This document shows positions 58,365 to 64,000 of a stretch of 64,000 nt of DNA, piece by piece. The stretch spans positions 698-64,697 of the forward strand of contig JAZJYH010000044.1 in NCBI GenBank assembly GCA_040390485.1. The letters are read 5' to 3'. The notes beneath the pieces were generated by a model. The model was given only the letters and a program-made list of their open reading frames with translations. It was not told the origin of the DNA and did no database searches. How positions within the stretch are numbered: position 1 is the stretch's first letter; each line of letters opens with the position of its first letter. The translations under genes were made by a program, and so were the position numbers. Source of the stretch: Pseudomonadota bacterium. Lineage in GTDB: Bacteria; Pseudomonadota; Gammaproteobacteria; Burkholderiales; Burkholderiaceae_D.

Positions 58365-59597
58365 ATGGACAAACCCACACTGACCTTAGTAGATGGAAAA
58401 AATCTCAACAAGAAGGTAACCGGTATGGATGAATTACGTTACATGGTAGTTTCTCCCAGCAGGCGGCACCTGGACGATATCGTGCACGTTTTGCGGGGAG
58501 CGGCCGGCGCTTCCGAAATTTCCGCCATGGAAGGAGATTTGCCGCAATTGGGCAATCTGGCCAACCAGGCGGTTCCGGACGTGCTGATTGTCGATAGCGG
58601 CGGCGACGGCCGCAGCGACCTGGCCGCGCTGGAAAGACTGGGGGCCCTGTATCCCGGCATGTCTTTCATTGTCCTGCGCGAGCAGCAATCGGCGGATTTC
58701 CTGATCCAGGCCATGCGCGTCGGCGTGCGCGAAGTATTGCCGCTGCCGCTCAATACCGACGCCCTCAGCGGGGCGCTGCAGCGCACCCGCCAGCACCTGG
58801 GATTTTCAGCCAACAGGAGCGGCAAGGTGCTGGCCTTCATCTCTTGCAAGGGCGGTAGCGGCGCTACCTTCCTAGCCGCCAACCTGGCGTATACGCTGGC
58901 GACGCAGAGTAGCAAGAAAGTAGCCTTGTTCGACTTCAACCTGCAATTCGGCGATGCGCTGCTGTTCCTGTCCGACCATAAGCCGGCGGCAACGCTGGCC
59001 GATGCGGCGCGCGGCATCCACAGGCTGGATCCGGCATTCCTGGCCAGCAGCATGGTCCACGTGACGCCTAGCCTTAGCGTGCTGGCTTCGCCGGAAGACC
59101 CGGCGCAGGGCACCGAGGTGAAGCCCGACCATATCGATTCCCTGCTGCGGATGGCGCGCAACCAGTATGACTTCACGATCCTGGATGTGGGCCGCAGCCT
59201 GGATGCGCGCACCATCAAGGCGCTCGACCATGCAGACATGATTTTCGTGGTCTTGCAGGTGACCCTGCCCTTCATCCGCGACGGCAAGCGCTTGATGGAA
59301 GTGTTCCGTACGCTCGACTACCCGAAAAACAAGATCCACCTGGTCGTCAACCGTTACCAGAAAGGCGGCGACATCAGCCTGGAAGATTTGCAGCAATCCC
59401 TGGGCAGCAAGGTATTGCGCACCATCCCCAACCATTACGAAGCCGCCGCCGCGTCGGTGAACCAGGGCATACCGATCGCCAAGCTGGCACGCAGCAGCCC
59501 GGTGAGCAAGGCCTTGACGGAATGGAGCGAGGCGCTGGCCAAGGAACCGGAAAAGGATGAAGACAGCTGGATCAAGCGGGTTTTCAAGCGTGCCTGA
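58365..59597 (+). CDS. cpaE: CpaE/TadZ receiver-MinD-like pilus localisation protein
   Basis: Receiver-like PDVLIVD..AMRVGVREVL; deviant Walker A KGGSGAT; FDFNLQFGD. Confidence 0.9.
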   Translation: MDKPTLTLVDGKNLNKKVTGMDELRYMVVSPSRRHLDDIVHVLRGAAGASEISAMEGDLPQLGNLANQAVPDVLIVDSGGDGRSDLAALERLGALYPGMSFIVLREQQSADFLIQAMRVGVREVLPLPLNTDALSGALQRTRQHLGFSANRSGKVLAFISCKGGSGATFLAANLAYTLATQSSKKVALFDFNLQFGDALLFLSDHKPAATLADAARGIHRLDPAFLASSMVHVTPSLSVLASPEDPAQGTEVKPDHIDSLLRMARNQYDFTILDVGRSLDARTIKALDHADMIFVVLQVTLPFIRDGKRLMEVFRTLDYPKNKIHLVVNRYQKGGDISLEDLQQSLGSKVLRTIPNHYEAAAASVNQGIPIAKLARSSPVSKALTEWSEALAKEPEKDEDSWIKRVFKRA

Positions 59598-59714
59598 AAT
59601 TGAAATAAAGCCAGGGTAGGCACAAGTTCCCACCCTGGCAATCTGGATATTTTTTCATACCGGCTAGCCTTCTGCAAAGAGGCAAGCCGCAGTAACAAGC
59701 ACCGGAGTCATATC

Positions 59715-61082
59715 ATGTCATTACGAGATCGATTGGAAGCAAACGGCAGCGCGGAACATACTCCGGTCGCCCCGAGCCTGAATATTGTAACGACTGATAA
59801 TCGTGCCTACCGCGAGTTGAAGACCCGCATTCACACCACCTTGCTGGACAGGATAGACCTGCAAGTGATGGAAAAACTGAGCCAGGCCAGGTTGATGGAC
59901 GAGATGAAGGGCCTGGTGGAAGAATTGCTGAGTGAAGAAAAGGTCGTCATCAACGATGCCGAGCGCAAGAACATGGTGCGCGACATCCAGTTCGAGATGT
60001 TTGGCCTGGGGCCGATAGAACTGTTGATGGCCGACCCTGCGGTCTCCGACATCCTGATCAACACCTACAAGCAAATCTATGTAGAGCGTTTCGGCAAGCT
60101 GGAGCTGACCGATATATGCTTCAACGACAACGCCCACCTGATGAAGATCATTGACAAGATCGTATCGCGCGTCGGCCGCCGGGTGGATGAATCCAGCCCC
60201 CTGGTGGACGCCAGGCTGCCGGACGGGTCCCGCGTTAATGTGATCATTCCGCCGCTGGCGATAGACGGCCCTATCGTCTCTATCCGCCGCTTCGCCCTGA
60301 AGCCGCTGACCATGGACGATTTTATCCGCTACCAGAGCGTCATCCCTGCGATGGCGCAGGTGCTGGAGGGCCTGGCAAAGGCCAAGGTCAACATGATCAT
60401 CTCGGGCGGTACCGGCGGCGGCAAGACTACTTTGCTGAATATCCTGTCCGGCTTTATCGGCGCGACCGAGCGCGTGGTCACCATAGAAGATGCGGCTGAA
60501 CTGCAAATGCAACAGCCGCATGTGGTCAGGCTGGAAACCCGCCCACCGAATATTGAAGGCAAGGGAGAAATCACGCAACGCGCCCTGGTGCGCAATGCCC
60601 TGCGCATGCGCCCTGACCGCATCATCGTCGGCGAGGTGCGCGGCGCCGAAGCCATCGACATGCTGCAGGCGATGAATACCGGGCACGAGGGATCAATGGC
60701 GACGGTCCATGCCAATACCCCGCGCGACGCCTTGACGCGGCTGGAAAACATGATAGGGCTGGCTGGCATGAACCTGCCCTCCAAGGTGACCCGCCATCAG
60801 ATCAGCTCGGCCATTACGGTGGTGATCCAGGTTGCCCGGCTGTCCGACGGCAAGCGCAAGGTGGTCAGCATCCAGGAAATTACCGGGATGGAGGGGGAAA
60901 TCATCACGATGCAGGAGATCTTCTCTTTCAAGCAAACCGGCATCACGATCAACGGCACGGTGGCAGGGTATTTTTGCGCCTCCGGTGTGCGGCCGCGTTT
61001 TAGCGAGCGTCTGCATGTGCATGGCATAGATCTGCCGGATGAGTTGTTTGACCCCAGCCGCCAGTATGAAATTAAGACCTGA
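59715..61082 (+). CDS. cpaF: Tad traffic ATPase CpaF/TadA
   Basis: [39 protein letters not shown]. Confidence 0.96.
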   Translation: MSLRDRLEANGSAEHTPVAPSLNIVTTDNRAYRELKTRIHTTLLDRIDLQVMEKLSQARLMDEMKGLVEELLSEEKVVINDAERKNMVRDIQFEMFGLGPIELLMADPAVSDILINTYKQIYVERFGKLELTDICFNDNAHLMKIIDKIVSRVGRRVDESSPLVDARLPDGSRVNVIIPPLAIDGPIVSIRRFALKPLTMDDFIRYQSVIPAMAQVLEGLAKAKVNMIISGGTGGGKTTLLNILSGFIGATERVVTIEDAAELQMQQPHVVRLETRPPNIEGKGEITQRALVRNALRMRPDRIIVGEVRGAEAIDMLQAMNTGHEGSMATVHANTPRDALTRLENMIGLAGMNLPSKVTRHQISSAITVVIQVARLSDGKRKVVSIQEITGMEGEIITMQEIFSFKQTGITINGTVAGYFCASGVRPRFSERLHVHGIDLPDELFDPSRQYEIKT

Positions 61083-61117
61083 GCAAGACCTGAGTAAGAC
61101 CTGAGCAAGGTCTGAGC
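61074..61117 (+). repeat. 4x 11-bp tandem repeat at the cpaF stop
   Basis: AAGACCTGAGC AAGACCTGAGT AAGACCTGAGC AAGGTCTGAGC. Confidence 0.9.
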
Positions 61118-61193
61118 AATACCAAAAAATGATAGCTGGAAGCCGGAACTGACGGCGCGAATTAAAAGCGGCAATTGAAAGCAGAGGCGGATA

Positions 61194-62171
61194 ATGGACT
61201 ATCTGTATATCTTCTTTGTGGTGGCGATCTTCATCGCGGTGGTGCTGGCGATAGAGGGTTTCTTCGTGACCTGGAACGCCTCGCGCGGGCCGGCGGCAAA
61301 GCGCATCGCGCGCCGCTTGCAAGTCATGTCGGCCGGCAGCCATGCCGGCCAGGCGAGCGTCTCCATCCTGAAAAAACGCCTGCTCAGCGAAACCCCGGGC
61401 ATGCAAAAGCTATTGCTGGAAGTGCCGCGCATCCATGGGCTGGACCGGCTGCTGGAGCAATCCGGCATGAAGCTGAATGTGGCCAATTTCTGTATTCTGT
61501 CGCTAGCCTGCGGCGTGTGCACGCTGGCCGGGCTATGGTATGCCGGAGTGCCGGTATTATTCGCCGCCATGCTGGGGATAGCCGCACTCTGCCTCCCGCT
61601 GCTCTTCGTGCGCGGCAAGAAGAGCCGGCGCCTGACCAAGATAGAGCAGCAATTGCCGGACGCGCTGGACCTGATGGGCCGCGCCATGCGCGCCGGCCAT
61701 GCTCTGCCTTCGGCGATCCAGATGGTCAGCGAAGAAATGTCCGACCCGCTGGCGGAGGAATTTCGCATCGTTTTCGATGAAGTCAACTACGGCATCTCCA
61801 TGCAGGACGCGCTGAAAAACCTGGCGACCCGGGTACCGGGCACCGATGTCGGCTATTTTGTGGTGGCGGTGCTGATCCAGCGCGAGACCGGCGGCAACCT
61901 GACCGAGCTGCTGCACAATATTGCCACTATCGTACGCGAACGGCTCAAGCTGTTTGGGCAGATCAAGGTCTTTTCCGCCGAAGGACGGCTGTCTGCGTGG
62001 ATACTCACCTTGCTGCCCGTAGGCCTGGCTGGCGTGCTGCAAGTGGTCAATCCTGAATTCATGAGCCTGCTGTGGACCGATGAAGTCGGGCGGAAAATGC
62101 TGGGCGGCATGCTGGTCATGATGTTTTTGGGTGCGGTATGGATACGCAAGCTGATCCGCATCAGGGTGTGA
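61194..62171 (+). CDS. tadB: TadB inner-membrane platform protein
   Basis: QLPDALDLMGRAMRAGH, QRETGGNL, SAEGRLSAWIL. Confidence 0.92.
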   Translation: MDYLYIFFVVAIFIAVVLAIEGFFVTWNASRGPAAKRIARRLQVMSAGSHAGQASVSILKKRLLSETPGMQKLLLEVPRIHGLDRLLEQSGMKLNVANFCILSLACGVCTLAGLWYAGVPVLFAAMLGIAALCLPLLFVRGKKSRRLTKIEQQLPDALDLMGRAMRAGHALPSAIQMVSEEMSDPLAEEFRIVFDEVNYGISMQDALKNLATRVPGTDVGYFVVAVLIQRETGGNLTELLHNIATIVRERLKLFGQIKVFSAEGRLSAWILTLLPVGLAGVLQVVNPEFMSLLWTDEVGRKMLGGMLVMMFLGAVWIRKLIRIRV

Positions 62172-62273
62172 AGCACAAATTGATGCAAATTACTGTGTTC
62201 GTTAATGAAGTGGGCAGGCTCTGAGAACAAAGGGATGGACATCACGCCACTATGAGGTCCGCAAATCCCAAGG

Positions 62274-62347
62274 CATCATCCCCGCGAAAGCAGGGATCCA
62301 TTGTTGTATCCGGCAAGAAGTAGATTCCCGCTTTCGCGGGAATCACG
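62274..62347. repeat. Inverted REP pair (REPIN-like) between tadB and tadC
   Basis: CATCATCCCCGCGAAAGCAGGGATCCA (62274-62300) and, inverted, CGTGATTCCCGCGAAAGCGGGAATCTA (62321-62347). Confidence 0.75.
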
Positions 62348-62406
62348 CAGAGAGTCTGGCTGCTTTGCCTGAGATAGTTCTATGCAAGCCTTAAGGGAGA
62401 GTCATC

Positions 62407-63348
62407 GTGTCTGGCATTTACATCATTTTCCTGATCGTCTTCTTTTTTGCGGTGTTTGCCGGCGCCATGCTGCTGATGCGTTTCCTGTTGCCCAATCCAG
62501 TGCAACAGCGCCTGCAGCAACTTGACGAACGCGCCGTCAACGCCAGCGAACCGAAGCTCGGGGCGGACTGGATTGCCAGGATCGCCAAGATTTCCAGCCC
62601 GCTGGCGAAATTGTCCATGCCGGACGAAGGCTGGGAAAAATCCGCGCTGCGCATACGCTTCATGAACGCCGGGCTGCGCAGCGAAAATACGCCGGTGCTT
62701 TATTTTTCCGTCAAGACCCTGCTCGCCGTCTCGCTGCCTGCCCTGCTGTGGCTGGTGCTGGCTGTGGGCGGCTCAACGCTGACTTCCGATTCCTTGCTGT
62801 TTGTCCTGCTGGTGGCGGCGACGGTTGGTTTTTACCTGCCCAACCTGGTCATCGCCCAGATGATCAAGGCGCGCCAGTTGAAAATTTTTGAGACCATCCC
62901 GGATGCGCTGGATTTGATGACCATATGCATAGAGGCCGGCCTGGCCATGGATGCGGCGATCGCCCGCGTCGCCGGTGAAATGGCGCCGGTGGCGCCCGTC
63001 ATCAGCGAGGAACTGCACCTGGTGACGCTGGAACTGCGCGCCGGCAGCAGCAAGGACAAGGCCTTGCGCAACCTGGCCATGCGCACCGGTGTGGAGGACG
63101 TGGACACGCTGGTGGCGATGCTGATCCAGGCGGAACGTTTCGGCACCAGCATAGGCGAGGCGCTGCGGGTACATGCAGAACATTTGCGCACCAGGCGCCG
63201 CCAGCGTGCCGAAGAAGCTGCCGCAAAAATCGCGCTGAAGCTGCTGTTCCCTTTGATCTTTTGTATTTTTCCAGCCTTGATGCTGGTATTGATGGGGCCG
63301 GCCATGATCCAGATATACCGCGCCTTTGTCCCTGTGGGTTCGGGCTGA
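62407..63348 (+). CDS. tadC: TadC inner-membrane platform protein
   Basis: PDALDLMTICIEAGL, LIQAERFGTSI, KLLFPLIFCIFP; GTG start after AAGGGAG. Confidence 0.92.
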   Translation: MSGIYIIFLIVFFFAVFAGAMLLMRFLLPNPVQQRLQQLDERAVNASEPKLGADWIARIAKISSPLAKLSMPDEGWEKSALRIRFMNAGLRSENTPVLYFSVKTLLAVSLPALLWLVLAVGGSTLTSDSLLFVLLVAATVGFYLPNLVIAQMIKARQLKIFETIPDALDLMTICIEAGLAMDAAIARVAGEMAPVAPVISEELHLVTLELRAGSSKDKALRNLAMRTGVEDVDTLVAMLIQAERFGTSIGEALRVHAEHLRTRRRQRAEEAAAKIALKLLFPLIFCIFPALMLVLMGPAMIQIYRAFVPVGSG

Positions 63349-63462
63349 GGAAAAGAGCTACAGGAACAGAAGTAAAAACAGAAGCAAAAAGAGAAGTCGG
63401 ACATCCCACCAATGCGATGCGGCGACGCTAAAATTTGCCGCAATCAAGCGAGGATTGCAATC

Positions 63463-64000
63463 GTGAAAACAAAAACGATAGATATGATCAAAGCCTGTGC
63501 CGTGTTTTTTTTAGCGTTGATTCTAAGCGCATGCGGCGGTGGCGGCAGCGGCAGCCAGGTCACTTCGCTCTGCTCCCAGACCAATGTGAGCGCTTGCGGC
63601 GGCGGTGGCGGATTGAGCGGCGGCGGCAGCACTCCTGGCGGAACAACGGCCACAACGCCTAAGATGGCGCTGACCTTGACGGACCAGGCCGGCAATCCTG
63701 CCAGTTTGCTGACCTCCAGCAGTACGCTGACGGCCACAGTAAAAGTGACCAATGCTTCGGGTCAACCGGTGTCCGGTGCAGTTGTATTGTTCAACGTTGC
63801 CAACTCCGGCCTGGCAAAGATCAGCCCCGCATCCAATCTGAGCGACGCCAACGGCATGGCTTTGGCGACCGTTACATTGGCAGCGCCGGACGCAGTGGGT
63901 GCCACCACCATATCGGCCAGTACCTCCTACCCTGATAGCGCCGGCGCCATAATTTCTTTGGCCAGCAGCGCCAACATTAAGGTCGGGAATGTACAAAATG
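63463..64000 (+). CDS. Ig-like (Big_1-type) domain lipoprotein, 3'-truncated by the window edge (absent from the ORF track)
   Basis: GTG 63463 or ATG 63484 after GAGGA; lipobox LSAC then GGGGSG; LTATVKVTNASGQPVSGAVVLF..SDANGMALATVTL; no stop before 64000. Confidence 0.8.
   Translation, partial: MKTKTIDMIKACAVFFLALILSACGGGGSGSQVTSLCSQTNVSACGGGGGLSGGGSTPGGTTATTPKMALTLTDQAGNPASLLTSSSTLTATVKVTNASGQPVSGAVVLFNVANSGLAKISPASNLSDANGMALATVTLAAPDAVGATTISASTSYPDSAGAIISLASSANIKVGNVQN

Noticed and set aside
61074-61117. 11-bp repeats as a mini-CRISPR
   Set aside because: Repeats are contiguous with no spacers and too short.
63435-63662. 75-aa ORF from the track after tadC
   Set aside because: Wrong frame; the frame starting at 63463 has an RBS, a lipobox and an Ig-like sequence.

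Overview
High-GC betaproteobacterial chromosome segment, probably Oxalobacteraceae/Burkholderiales (inferred from protein sequences and the recJ-prfB-lysS and lolCD context). Left half (1-33.6 kb), mostly housekeeping/envelope: a truncated multi-PAS/GAF histidine kinase, an alpha-2-macroglobulin/pbpC pair, an MFS-acyltransferase fusion, lolCD, an accessory block (LysR, pirin, azoreductase, then a ycaC-amidohydrolase-2x DUF1427-DoxX-DUF1275 operon), recJ, TraB/GumN, a YgiQ radical SAM gene, frameshifted prfB, lysS and an extracellular PHB-depolymerase-like gene. Right half (33.9-64 kb) is a surface/attachment region: a TonB receptor-YfiR-GGDEF/EAL module; a DUF4382 lipoprotein; a MITE and REP-like palindromes; a ~3.4 kb tandem duplication in which each unit has a c-di-GMP-I riboswitch-led, Ig-tailed S8 protease converging on a sigma54-type promoter-driven 'cistern'-like PEP-CTERM protein; a divergent PAP2-family gene; and a Tad/Flp pilus locus starting with three near-identical, Cys-paired flp pilins plus a fourth divergent one, followed by an Ig-like lipoprotein that runs off the window. 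The best candidate for an undescribed system is the duplicated riboswitch-protease/PEP-CTERM cassette, whose two riboswitches differ at a structurally key tetraloop. All family calls are from motif recognition by eye; no searches were run.
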